Positions 20,041 through 29,552 are shown, counted from the stretch's first letter. The stretch: DNA of 64,000 nucleotides from Candidatus Kerfeldbacteria bacterium (GCA_016182555.1 JACPGJ010000007.1:64053-128052), one strand, 5' to 3'. A program made the numbers and translations. The notes: generated by a model from the sequence alone, not told the origin.

Positions 20041-20342
20041 GGTAATACTCCTAACACGACATTCAACGGAGCGGACACACGACAGGTGCGCCGCTATCAT
20101 AAGGTGCCTTGTTCTTGCACCCAGCAAACAGCAGTGAACTCATTCGTTCACTTCACTTTGCTGAGCACAAGCCTACCCATTCCTTTTATAAAAGAACACG
20201 GTTCTATTCCTTCTCCTCATCTTCATAGAATTCCTCCGTTAAGAATGAAAAACCTGTTTTTAAGCAAACAAGTTGGCAAAATTCTATAGTAGAGGTGACC
20301 TCTGTGTCAATGCATAAACATTGAAGTTATCCCCACCCATAC

Positions 20343-20396
20343 AAACTTCAAAAACGATCACCAAAAAGAAAACGCGGAGGAATTTCCCCCGCGTTA
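20343..20396 (-). terminator. rho-independent terminator ending the B12-riboswitch operon
   Basis: Minus strand AACGCGGGGGAAATTCCTCCGCGTT hairpin followed by TTTTCTTTTTGG. Confidence 0.45.
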
Positions 20397-20436
20397 CCAC
20401 TCAATAAGACGTAAACTCGTTACACTTCAGTTTATA

Positions 20437-22068
20437 CTATTTTTTGTGTGCTGCTCGAGCATGGCGGTATTTCGCTGGCTTATTCACTGGAAATGGCCGT
20501 TCTTCTAATGCCATAATAGCGTAGGCCGTATTCAACGCTTCAATACTCTGTGAACCAGCCGTATCATAACGAAATGCACCCGCAATATGCCTTTGAACGG
20601 TGCCTAAAAATGTAAATCCATCATGGTTATTTGTCGTCATTGCACGTGGTTCATGCTTTCGTGCACGCAACGCCATGATCACCCACGCCGTTGTGGACGC
20701 ATTCGATCGGCTATCAACGGTATATCCCCATCCACCATCTGGTTGCTGTGTATGGCGCAAAAACTGTACCACCTGTTTGCGATATGGTTTTAAATCAATG
20801 CCCAATTTTGCTGTTTTGCGCTCACCCATAAACCGAGCGGCCATCGACAACCATGCAGCTGACATATCGATATCCGCATCGCCACCAACGGCAAACGATA
20901 CACCACCATCATCATTTACACAATTCAACGAGTAGGCCACGGCATCGTGTACATCAGTAGAATTCAGTGGTTCGTCTGCAGCGAACAACGCGAGCGCTGC
21001 AAAAATATCATCGTTGCAATATCCTTCTGTGCCAAATTGATTATTCGTTTTTGTATTTTTTAAACGCTGTACATAATCCACACCATCGGCATTGCGTGCG
21101 TCGGAACCAATGGCTTCTAAAGCTAAAATATGCCGCGTCAATTCGCCCGCACCATCTGCGACTGTTGGGTGATATGCTTTCACTGCCGCAACAACTCGAT
21201 CATCTTGTTGGTGTGCCGCCGCCAACGCCATTGCAGACCATTCGGTCGTTCCAATATCGTTAATCAAACCATCTTCATTCACTGCTCCGCGTAAATACTG
21301 TACGCCTTGTTCGGTCGCGTGAAAACGCTGCGCATGAGATAACCGTTTACGTGTCTCAGCTTGCGTATACACATATAATACTTCCGCTGTGGTTTTGGTT
21401 GCCTCACCAGATGTAGCGTACACCGTAAATGTTCCGGCATCAGATGGAGTAAAAAATGCTTGGCCAAACGCATCGGTGGTGACTGCGGTATCACCAAAAT
21501 AAACCGTTGCTCCAACTGTCGGAATATACGAACCAGTTGAACTCGTGTAATCGTATATATACGAATCAACAAATGCTGCAACTGGGCGACCAGTACTGCG
21601 ATGATTTCGGTTCAACGTTAATCGCAATGGCGCCGTACTTCCATCTCCATACGTGAACAACAATTCATCACCATCAGCAACTGGTTGATCGGCAATGCCC
21701 AGCATCGCTGATTCATAATTCACATAATACAACCAAAAGGTGGAATAATCTCCCATGTATTCACTGATGCTATTCAAATACAATCCATACGAACTATCCA
21801 CCAACTCATAGGTGAACCCTATTTGCGCGGCAGCCAAATTCAATGCACAAACCGCCGTGACACCAGTAACCGTGTGATCAGTGCCAGTAGAATCGGTCAC
21901 GGTACAGCCGTCGCTTGAAACATACACTGTCGTGTTCGCAACAGTTTCCGTTGGCGTTTCAATACGGACAGTGACACCAGCATAGGTTGCGGCGTGTGTT
22001 GGATGGCTCACTCCAGCAAACAGCGATAGCGTGAGAACGAACAGACCAAGTTTCCAGAATTTTTTCAT
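20437..22068 (-). CDS. secreted DUF4430 domain fused to prenyltransferase/squalene-cyclase-like alpha/alpha-barrel repeats (transcobalamin-like domain set)
   Basis: Signal peptide; N-terminal DUF4430-like beta domain (…GDELLFTYGD); C-terminal repeats with the QQPDGGWGY motif typical of the SQHop/prenyltransferase alpha6/alpha6 barrel; start chosen at MKKFWKLG, 13 nt after the upstream stop. Confidence 0.6.
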   Translation of the reverse strand: MKKFWKLGLFVLTLSLFAGVSHPTHAATYAGVTVRIETPTETVANTTVYVSSDGCTVTDSTGTDHTVTGVTAVCALNLAAAQIGFTYELVDSSYGLYLNSISEYMGDYSTFWLYYVNYESAMLGIADQPVADGDELLFTYGDGSTAPLRLTLNRNHRSTGRPVAAFVDSYIYDYTSSTGSYIPTVGATVYFGDTAVTTDAFGQAFFTPSDAGTFTVYATSGEATKTTAEVLYVYTQAETRKRLSHAQRFHATEQGVQYLRGAVNEDGLINDIGTTEWSAMALAAAHQQDDRVVAAVKAYHPTVADGAGELTRHILALEAIGSDARNADGVDYVQRLKNTKTNNQFGTEGYCNDDIFAALALFAADEPLNSTDVHDAVAYSLNCVNDDGGVSFAVGGDADIDMSAAWLSMAARFMGERKTAKLGIDLKPYRKQVVQFLRHTQQPDGGWGYTVDSRSNASTTAWVIMALRARKHEPRAMTTNNHDGFTFLGTVQRHIAGAFRYDTAGSQSIEALNTAYAIMALEERPFPVNKPAKYRHARAAHKK

Positions 22069-22078
22069 AGCTCTATTG

Positions 22079-22783
22079 TTAATATTCGTGTTCATAATGC
22101 CAACTAATCGTATCCCCTTTCTTCACCGTTTGCGTGGAGATACCGGCAGTCGATTTCGTACCGTTCACATAATATATCCAGTACATTCCCCCATCTTCTT
22201 CTAGACCACTGATGGATTCAACATATGCTCCCATACTGCCGAATTTTTTTACACTGTAGGTGAATCCATCATCTCGCGCCGCTTGCATAACGGTTTCTAC
22301 CGTACTTCCTGTATCCACTTTTACGCTATACGATTCGGTCGTGCCTGTCGGTTGAATGACTTGTAATGCTACAGAAACTTGCTTCACTTCTTCTTGTTCT
22401 TCTGTGGGTGGTGATTCTTGCGCAGTTTGCTCTTCTTCTGGCGGCGATTCTGGTTCCTGTGTTGTTTCGGGTGGTGGTTCTTCTATGGCTGGGGTCTCAT
22501 TTGTATTTACCGCTAATAGTTCTCCTGTTGTATCCGTTGTCACTTCGTTCGTTGGCGGTGTCTCGGCCACATCTTCATGTATTGTTTCTACTGCTTCTGG
22601 CGCTGCTGCCACACCAACCGTTTGATCTACCGTATCAGCACCTTCTTCAACAACGGGCGGTGAATTCGGTTCATTATTCAGCGTTTGCAAGTCAGACGGT
22701 GGATCTGTTTTTTGTACGCAAGAAGCCCCCATACTCAAAATGAGCAAACAATAGAGCAGTAATTTTCGTGAATAATAGGGCAT
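22079..22783 (-). CDS. secreted DUF4430-domain protein (putative corrinoid-binding)
   Basis: Signal/lipoprotein-like N-terminus, Pro/Glu/Thr-rich linker, C-terminal DUF4430-like fold (…KKGDTISWHYEHEY); first gene after the cobalamin riboswitch. Confidence 0.55.
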   Translation of the reverse strand: MPYYSRKLLLYCLLILSMGASCVQKTDPPSDLQTLNNEPNSPPVVEEGADTVDQTVGVAAAPEAVETIHEDVAETPPTNEVTTDTTGELLAVNTNETPAIEEPPPETTQEPESPPEEEQTAQESPPTEEQEEVKQVSVALQVIQPTGTTESYSVKVDTGSTVETVMQAARDDGFTYSVKKFGSMGAYVESISGLEEDGGMYWIYYVNGTKSTAGISTQTVKKGDTISWHYEHEY

Positions 22784-22786
22784 AAG

Positions 22787-22990
22787 AAAAATAAAAAATT
22801 CCTCTCTCGAGGAACGGTTGGAAGATGCGCAGACAATAACAACGCTAGCTCCCACCCCTTGCTCGAGAGTGTGTGGTTCAAGGTATCTGGCTTACTTGGA
22901 GTGCAAAGGCACACCAAGATTACAGTTGCGGCACAGCTCCGGATTCGCACCGGAATTCCCTTGGAATGAAAATAAAAAGTTCGTGCACCT
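22787..22990 (-). promoter_or_regulatory. cobalamin (B12) riboswitch with terminator-type expression platform
   Basis: Minus strand reads ...CCAAGGGAAUUCCGGUGCGAAUCCGGAGCUGUGCCGCAACUGUAAUC...GUAAGCCAGAUACC..., matching the conserved core and B12-box of the cobalamin riboswitch. Downstream is a UUCCUC-GAGA-GAGGAA hairpin plus U-run just before the ATG. A TTGACA/TAAAGT promoter lies upstream at ~22991-23019. Confidence 0.75.
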
Positions 22991-23015
22991 ACTTTAACGC
23001 TGTCTTGTGCAGCTG

Positions 23016-23675
23016 TCAAATTTTACCTTTTTTGGAACGCAATCCACGCACAATACGCGCAATACCCATCACCACCAAAACCAAAATAGAATACCCAACA
23101 AACCAGAAGATGGAAATAATACCCACACCGCGCCAACCACCAAGATTATCTAAAATTTCATGAAATGGATTGCTGCTTGTTCCCAGTGCCATCGCCGTAG
23201 CATTCTGGTCGCACAATAACCCAGGCGTACTTCCACAGAGCGTTGCCAAATCAGCTGATGGTGTTCTGTGTTTTTTTTCTGACCCTTTGGTGGTGGTGTT
23301 CTCCGGTGCGTTACTATATGCTGATTCACTTTGGGTGGTCGCTCCCGAACTTCCAAGTACGACAAATTGTTGATTTTGTGAAACTATTTGCTCTGTTCCG
23401 GTTGCATTTTCATGGTTGATAAACAAATACGTTGGCACAGCGGAAACGATAGTCAGCAACAATATAAGTACGACCGGCATCGCAAATACTGGCAATCTTC
23501 TAGTGCGCATTGGCTGCGGTACTGGCTCTGACAACCGCGTTGCCCAAAAAGACTGCCGCAACCGTTGTTCAACACGATCAATAGAATCTGCCAACGGTTC
23601 CTGTTGAATCTGCATTCGCACACTCCGCAATAATGCTTCTTCTCGTTCAAATTGTTCGTGAATATATTTCTTCAT
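23016..23675 (-). CDS. putative anti-sigma factor, membrane protein
   Basis: Overlaps the stop of the upstream ECF sigma gene by 4 nt; TM helices (…MPVVLILLLTIVSAV… and a C-terminal TM). Confidence 0.35.
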   Translation of the reverse strand: MKKYIHEQFEREEALLRSVRMQIQQEPLADSIDRVEQRLRQSFWATRLSEPVPQPMRTRRLPVFAMPVVLILLLTIVSAVPTYLFINHENATGTEQIVSQNQQFVVLGSSGATTQSESAYSNAPENTTTKGSEKKHRTPSADLATLCGSTPGLLCDQNATAMALGTSSNPFHEILDNLGGWRGVGIISIFWFVGYSILVLVVMGIARIVRGLRSKKGKI

Positions 23676-24343
23676 AAATGTTTTCGTAAACGTTTCAAGG
23701 CACGGTGAATCCGCACCGTACAGGTATTCGCAGAAATCCCAAGCATTTCGGCAATTTCTTCATTCGCGCGATCTTCAATATATTTCAAATGAAGAATCAA
23801 TTGGTCGGCCGGTGAACACTGTACCAACGCGCGTTGTACATCAATCATTTCCCGTTGCTGATGCATGCCCGCCAATTGACGCTCGTCTGGCATCTGCGTG
23901 AGCACCTCATCTTCCACAAATTCTACGCGTTGCTTCCGGTAATGCGCACGAATATGGTTCATCGCAACGGTGAATACCCACGCGGAAAATGGTCGGCCTT
24001 GATCCTGGTACGTATGCACATATTTCAATATCGACACAAATGTTTCCTGAGCAATATCTTCAGCTAATTCTTGATTGCGCACCTTCACCAAGGCAAACCG
24101 AAGCACGCGCTGTGCATATAGTCGATACAGCTCAATAAACGCGCTTTCATCGGTTTGGGCTTGGACGCGGGCAAGCAGCTCTGGGCTTGCCTCTGGCCAC
24201 GAATGGTCAGTCATGGTAAGTGTGCCTGGCAATTGTTCTCTTCCATCCTGTACAATGCCAATCGCGGCCAAGATATTACAGGGTTGGAATATCGCCCTAT
24301 TGTACGCAGGAACCAATTTTTTGTATACTATTAAGCATCTCAC
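23672..24343 (-). CDS. RNA polymerase ECF-type sigma factor
   Basis: Region 2 and region 4 sigma-70 motifs (…VFTVAMNHIRAHYRK…; …EIAEMLGISANTCTVRIHRALKRLR). Confidence 0.7.
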   Translation of the reverse strand: MRCLIVYKKLVPAYNRAIFQPCNILAAIGIVQDGREQLPGTLTMTDHSWPEASPELLARVQAQTDESAFIELYRLYAQRVLRFALVKVRNQELAEDIAQETFVSILKYVHTYQDQGRPFSAWVFTVAMNHIRAHYRKQRVEFVEDEVLTQMPDERQLAGMHQQREMIDVQRALVQCSPADQLILHLKYIEDRANEEIAEMLGISANTCTVRIHRALKRLRKHL

Positions 24344-24359
24344 TTCATTGAACCCTATT

Positions 24360-25106
24360 ATGCCAACACAACCCCCAACATCGACCCATGAATATCACAC
24401 CCGACACGCTTTTTGGGCAGGGTTTATTACTGCCATAGGCATGAGTGCGATTGCGGTTATTATCGTTAGTATCGGTATTGTGGCGGTGAATAAAGAGCAT
24501 GCAGCGAACAATATAAACTCCAACGAGCAAGAAGTCGCGACGAATGCACCGGTAAATGTAGAACCGATTGATGCCGTGGACCTAAACAACATTCGCTACT
24601 CTACAAGTAGCGGCGACCTCACCTTTATTGAATATCTCGATCTAGAATCATCGTTTAGTAAAAAATACTATGAAGAAATAAAAAATCTAGAAGCACGCTA
24701 TGATGGGCGTATCCGTTTTGTGGTAAAACATTTCCCCCTCAATGTTCATCCTACTTCGAAGCAAGATGCGATTGCCGCTGAATGCGCCGGTAATCAAGAC
24801 AAATTTTTAGAATATATTGACGGCTTTTTTGCACAAACCCCACCTGCTAATGGGTTCACGGAAACGACATTGTTATCTGTCGCCAATACACTCAGCCTAG
24901 ACGCACAAGCATTTTCTACCTGTCTCGAAAACGAAGAAACATTGTTTGAAGTAGCACAAGATGCGCTTGAAGCAACGGCCTCTGGCGCAACCGGTACACC
25001 ACATTCCATTTTAGTTGATAAAAACGGAAAAATTCTGACGCGATTCAAAGGCGTCGTGAGCACGGCACAATTGCAGCAGACATTTGATGAAACCTTGCAG
25101 AAATGA
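24360..25106 (+). CDS. membrane-anchored DsbA/thioredoxin-like domain protein lacking the CxxC motif
   Basis: N-terminal TM helix; the FVVKHFPL...HP...AA.AAECAGNQDKF block aligns to BdbD/DsbA-family proteins, but the position of CPxC reads LESSFSKKY. Confidence 0.45.
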   Translation: MPTQPPTSTHEYHTRHAFWAGFITAIGMSAIAVIIVSIGIVAVNKEHAANNINSNEQEVATNAPVNVEPIDAVDLNNIRYSTSSGDLTFIEYLDLESSFSKKYYEEIKNLEARYDGRIRFVVKHFPLNVHPTSKQDAIAAECAGNQDKFLEYIDGFFAQTPPANGFTETTLLSVANTLSLDAQAFSTCLENEETLFEVAQDALEATASGATGTPHSILVDKNGKILTRFKGVVSTAQLQQTFDETLQK

Positions 25107-25801
25107 ACCCATCGATACTGGTGATTGATAAACCGATTGGGTTCACCTCCCATGATGTGGTGAATATTGTTCGCCGAAAAACGGGTGAACGGCGCGTTGG
25201 TCATGCGGGAACACTCGATCCACTCGCCACCGGCATTTTAATTGTGCTCGTTGGCAAAGAAGCCACAAAACGGCAAGCGGAATTCATGGGGTTGCCAAAA
25301 GAATATGAAACGGCGATTACTTGCGGGGAGACGAGCGCGACAGATGACGCCGAAGGTCCACTCACTCCCAAAGCGACTTTGCAGCAACTGATGGATTTGA
25401 AAAAGGAAGATGTGCTACGTGTATTGCCACAATTTATGGGCACCATTCAACAACGGCCTCCCATCTACTCTGCTATTAAAAAAGACGGACAACCGTTGTA
25501 TAAAAAAGCGCGGCGTGGAGAAATCGCCGCCACGGATGTTGCGCCACGCTCGGTGACGATTGATGATATTGAATTGATTCGATTTATTCCGGCAACTCCA
25601 CCGTTTCCCCCACTTATTCGTTTGCGGATTTCATGCCAAAAAGGGGTGTATATTCGTTCGCTGGCGCGCGATATTGGTGAAGCGTTGGGTGTGGGAGCAT
25701 ATATGTCCGAACTCAAACGTACCGCCGTTGGACCATATACATTGCCCAAAGCCATGACACTGGATACATTTGAAAAACAATGGAATAGTGAAAAAAAGTA
25801 A
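25103..25801 (+). CDS. truB: tRNA pseudouridine(55) synthase
   Basis: HAGTLDPLATGILIV catalytic Asp motif and overall TruB layout. Confidence 0.85.
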   Translation: MNPSILVIDKPIGFTSHDVVNIVRRKTGERRVGHAGTLDPLATGILIVLVGKEATKRQAEFMGLPKEYETAITCGETSATDDAEGPLTPKATLQQLMDLKKEDVLRVLPQFMGTIQQRPPIYSAIKKDGQPLYKKARRGEIAATDVAPRSVTIDDIELIRFIPATPPFPPLIRLRISCQKGVYIRSLARDIGEALGVGAYMSELKRTAVGPYTLPKAMTLDTFEKQWNSEKK

Positions 25802-25802
25802 T

Positions 25803-26369
25803 ATGAAAATCTATACAAAAACCGGAGACCAAGGAGAAAGCGGTTTATTTGGAGGAAAACGCGTACCCAAAAACCATGCACGCTTAGAAGCATACGGCAC
25901 CGTGGATGAGTTGAATGCACACATTGGTTTTGCATTGAGCCTTGCGCGAGAAGAAAAATTAGTTGCGCAATCGACAATAAACACACAGCTAAAAACTATC
26001 CAGCATACACTGTTTACTCTTGGCGCACATTTAGCAACGCCATACTCACTAGAAAAAATCCCGGCAACACTGCCAACATTTTCCTCTTCACCAGTAGAAC
26101 AATTGGAAACCTGGATCGATGACATGGAAAGAATACTTCCTCAATTAACCGGTTTTATTCTCCCTGGAGGCTCTCCCCTTGCCTCTGCCATTCATATCGC
26201 TCGCACAGTAACACGCCGTGTTGAACGTGCGGTGATCACCCTGCACCAAGAAGAATCCGTATTGCCAGAAATTCTGCAATACCTGAACCGTCTTTCCGAT
26301 TATCTTTTTGTTCTCTCTCGATATATCAATTTCCACACCGGCCACCAGGATGTATTGTGGAAAAAATAA
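25803..26369 (+). CDS. PduO-type ATP:cob(I)alamin adenosyltransferase
   Basis: N-terminus MKIYTKTGDQGESGLFGGKRVPK is the hallmark of PduO-type adenosyltransferases; starts 2 nt after the truB stop. Confidence 0.8.
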   Translation: MKIYTKTGDQGESGLFGGKRVPKNHARLEAYGTVDELNAHIGFALSLAREEKLVAQSTINTQLKTIQHTLFTLGAHLATPYSLEKIPATLPTFSSSPVEQLETWIDDMERILPQLTGFILPGGSPLASAIHIARTVTRRVERAVITLHQEESVLPEILQYLNRLSDYLFVLSRYINFHTGHQDVLWKK

Positions 26370-26375
26370 CAACCT

Positions 26376-27146
26376 TTATTCAGTGAATTCCAAACTCTCG
26401 GCAACTGTCAAAAATGCTTCATAGGTGCCCTGATCTTCCCCTTCATCTTGTCCATATTCATCAATCACTTCATCTACGGCATCCGTATCAACGGTTGCAA
26501 CGACTTCCACCGGATCAGTTTCTGCATTAAATGTAATCACAGACTGGCCATTCACCGTGACAAATGGATAGCGCGATGCTGAATTGGTATTATACAATAC
26601 AGCCATGGGATAGACTGTTGCACTAACATAATGCCACTCACGCCAGAAAATTGCCCGATCATTTTTTGTGATGATATTTTGATACACATTCACCGAACGG
26701 TTTTCTAATTCTTTATCAACAGATGCATTAAAAGTCAGTGCATCTCCGGTAACATATCGTTTATCACCTTCACCTTCAGAAGGAACAAAATCTGCGGTAT
26801 TCGCATAAACCGTCATAGATTGATCTTTCGCATTCTTCAGAATAACCGCATATTGTTTTCCTGTTTCAGGATCATTCGTATATCCTTCTTGGGAAATAGA
26901 CCAATCTTTCGGATACTGAAACGTGATACCCAGCTCTGCATTTTCGTATGTATTCAAATCAGCAACAATGGTATTGCCGGAATTCGTATTCTGATTTTTG
27001 TTTTCGTTCATGGTAGCCGAATTATTTACCGCAGCAGAGGTGGTGTTCGTCGGTTCATCCGTTGAAGTTGTCGCACATCCCGCACCAACAAAAACAAGTG
27101 CCGCTGACAGCAAGAATACAGCAGTGGAAATTTCTTTTTTTTTCAT
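26376..27146 (-). CDS. secreted (lipo)protein, hypothetical
   Basis: Signal peptide ending ...VFVGAGCATT; 256 aa. Confidence 0.45.
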   Translation of the reverse strand: MKKKEISTAVFLLSAALVFVGAGCATTSTDEPTNTTSAAVNNSATMNENKNQNTNSGNTIVADLNTYENAELGITFQYPKDWSISQEGYTNDPETGKQYAVILKNAKDQSMTVYANTADFVPSEGEGDKRYVTGDALTFNASVDKELENRSVNVYQNIITKNDRAIFWREWHYVSATVYPMAVLYNTNSASRYPFVTVNGQSVITFNAETDPVEVVATVDTDAVDEVIDEYGQDEGEDQGTYEAFLTVAESLEFTE

Positions 27147-27167
27147 AGGCGTATGATCGTAAAGTGA

Positions 27168-29534
27168 TTATTGTGGGTAGTAATCGGTCACCGGAACCGA
27201 TCCATTTTGAGAAATAGCCAAGGCACGCAATTGGTCATCATACTGACCATCAGAGTTTTCTACACGAATAGTGTAATACCCCGCCGGCATCTCATCAATT
27301 GGTAATTCTGCCACGAGCGAAGTAGATGATTGAATATAGGTTTTCACAGCCGTATATGAGCCAATGTAGGCCACAGCTCCATTGCGGAAATTTGTTCCAT
27401 GAATTTCAATTTGCGCTTTATCATCATCACTAAACCATTCCTTAGCAATGCTGGCTGGTTCCGCTTCACTGACCACAGGAGCCGGGTCAGTAAACGGTGC
27501 TTCTCCATTCACGTTAATCGCACGAATAGTATCGTTATTTAATTCTGCAACAAGCAAACGTTTATCTCCAAGAGCGAGCATTCCTTTCGGATTATTAAAT
27601 TCGGCTACCTGCTGAGAACCATCGAAATATCCTCGCGTTCCAGAACCCGCAACCAATTTCGTCACACCCAATTTTCGATCGATCATGCGAATCGTGTTAC
27701 TCCCCACTTCAGAAATATAGATTCGACCACCGGCACCGCGAGTCAACCATTCTGGGTAGGAGAACACTGCTTTATCTATTGTCGCATCTAAATTCCCTGC
27801 ACTACCGGTTCCCGCATAAGTCGTCACTTCTCCAGTCGCGATTTTAATTCGACGAATAGCATGGTTATCACGGTCAGCGACAAACAAAGAATTCCCTGAT
27901 TTGCTTCGCATCATACCAATCGGTGCATTGAAACTTGCTGCCGTACCCACCCCATCGGTAAAACCTGCTGATCCACTACCCGCAAGCGTCGTCACTTTTC
28001 CTTTGTTTTCACCGCGCAACACCACCGTACGAATGCGATTATTCCCCGAATCCGTCACATACGCGTACTTCCCATCTTTGGAAATCACAATCCCCATTGG
28101 TCGGTTGAAATAGGCACAACCAGAAACATCTGTATCATATTCATTTGGACAGGCATCGCCATTGGCAAAATCGTTGGTTTCACTACCACGCAAGTTCACT
28201 TGCCCCGCGCCGGTCAAGTACGATACTTCCTTCGTTGCAATATTCACTTGTCGTAAACGATTGTTATTACGATCAACTACAATAAGGCGTTCGCCATCTT
28301 TGGTTAACGCAAAAGAAGTGATATCAGAAAATCGGGCTTGGTCACCAACGCGCACTTCGGTATCTTCTCCTTCAACATAATTATCAATCACACTGCCGGC
28401 AATCAATTTCGATTTGTGCAAATCGCCACGTCGCACTGAACGAATGCGATTATTTTCCGAAAAATAGATTGTTTTTTTATTTTTCGAGAGCACCATAAAT
28501 TTCGGATTTCCCACTAATACGGGTTTACGATTCTTCACATTAAACCGATCAGCCCCAGCAAACTTACTGTTCACGTTTGGATCCGCCAAATCATATTGCT
28601 GAATAATCCCAATGCCCGTTGCCACCACATATAATTGTCCATCATAAGTAGTGAGACCTTTTGGAAAATTGATCGACACCATATTCGTGTCGGAAGCAAA
28701 AACCGACACGGTACAACCCGTTAAATCAATCTCACGAACGCCATCACTAAAACCATCACCATCGCTCACAAACAAAGTGTTATCATCATACACATGAATA
28801 CCCCACACCTGATTAAAAGTCGCTTCTGTACAAGAACCATTCTTATCACCCTTATTCCCCGTACCAGCAATAGTCGCAACCGCTCCAGAAGATAAATTTA
28901 CTCGTTTAATTTGATACGTGCCCGCATTGGCAATATAGGCATACGTTCCATCTGGTGTAATATCCAATTTCACCGGGTCATTTAATGAAGAGGTAATCGT
29001 GGTCACACTGCCACCATTCACGGAAACTTTTTTTAACGCATTATTCCCGGTATCGAGAAAATAAACGGTGTTTCCATACACCCGCACTGCCTCCGGCGCA
29101 TTCAAATCACTCACCAGTGTGCTCACCGTATCATCTTCAATTTTTTTAATTTTGTTATTCCCGGTATCTGCCACATACACGGCGCCATTCGCAATATCCA
29201 CACCACGTGGCTGAAAAAATTCAGCTGTATCCGCAGCGCCAATATTGTCACCAGTAGAACCCGTGCCAGCCACCGTTTCCACAATCCCATCTGTTTCTAT
29301 TTTTCGCACCACATTATTCATCGTATCGGCTATCACAAACATGCCACCATCGGTGACATCAATATCATCTGGAAAATCAAACAAGGCTTCTAATGTATCT
29401 TTGCCATCACCGTAATAGGGCCGGCTCAAATAGGTGCTAACATCACCAAACGTTGCGAAGGCTCCCTGGGGCAGCCAAAGAGCAGTAGCAACTAGGCTCA
29501 GAAATAGTATACGTAGTCGAGATGTTGTGTGCAT
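27168..29534 (-). CDS. secreted NHL-repeat beta-propeller protein
   Basis: Signal peptide; many repeats of the ...VADTGNN.IRKI... NHL-type pattern; 788 aa. Confidence 0.7.
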   Translation of the reverse strand: MHTTSRLRILFLSLVATALWLPQGAFATFGDVSTYLSRPYYGDGKDTLEALFDFPDDIDVTDGGMFVIADTMNNVVRKIETDGIVETVAGTGSTGDNIGAADTAEFFQPRGVDIANGAVYVADTGNNKIKKIEDDTVSTLVSDLNAPEAVRVYGNTVYFLDTGNNALKKVSVNGGSVTTITSSLNDPVKLDITPDGTYAYIANAGTYQIKRVNLSSGAVATIAGTGNKGDKNGSCTEATFNQVWGIHVYDDNTLFVSDGDGFSDGVREIDLTGCTVSVFASDTNMVSINFPKGLTTYDGQLYVVATGIGIIQQYDLADPNVNSKFAGADRFNVKNRKPVLVGNPKFMVLSKNKKTIYFSENNRIRSVRRGDLHKSKLIAGSVIDNYVEGEDTEVRVGDQARFSDITSFALTKDGERLIVVDRNNNRLRQVNIATKEVSYLTGAGQVNLRGSETNDFANGDACPNEYDTDVSGCAYFNRPMGIVISKDGKYAYVTDSGNNRIRTVVLRGENKGKVTTLAGSGSAGFTDGVGTAASFNAPIGMMRSKSGNSLFVADRDNHAIRRIKIATGEVTTYAGTGSAGNLDATIDKAVFSYPEWLTRGAGGRIYISEVGSNTIRMIDRKLGVTKLVAGSGTRGYFDGSQQVAEFNNPKGMLALGDKRLLVAELNNDTIRAINVNGEAPFTDPAPVVSEAEPASIAKEWFSDDDKAQIEIHGTNFRNGAVAYIGSYTAVKTYIQSSTSLVAELPIDEMPAGYYTIRVENSDGQYDDQLRALAISQNGSVPVTDYYPQ

Positions 29535-29552
29535 AGGGGTAGATAAAAATAA

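Noticed and set aside
20134-20151. GAAC-N6-GTTC as a LexA (Cheo-type) SOS box
   Set aside because: The Cheo box requires a 4-nt spacer (GAACN4GTTC); here it is 6 nt. It is more likely a gene-specific operator.
22079-22855. Using the upstream GTG (22855) as start of the first DUF4430 gene
   Set aside because: That extension would be translated through the riboswitch expression platform and terminator. The ATG at 22783, just after the U-run, gives a proper signal peptide.
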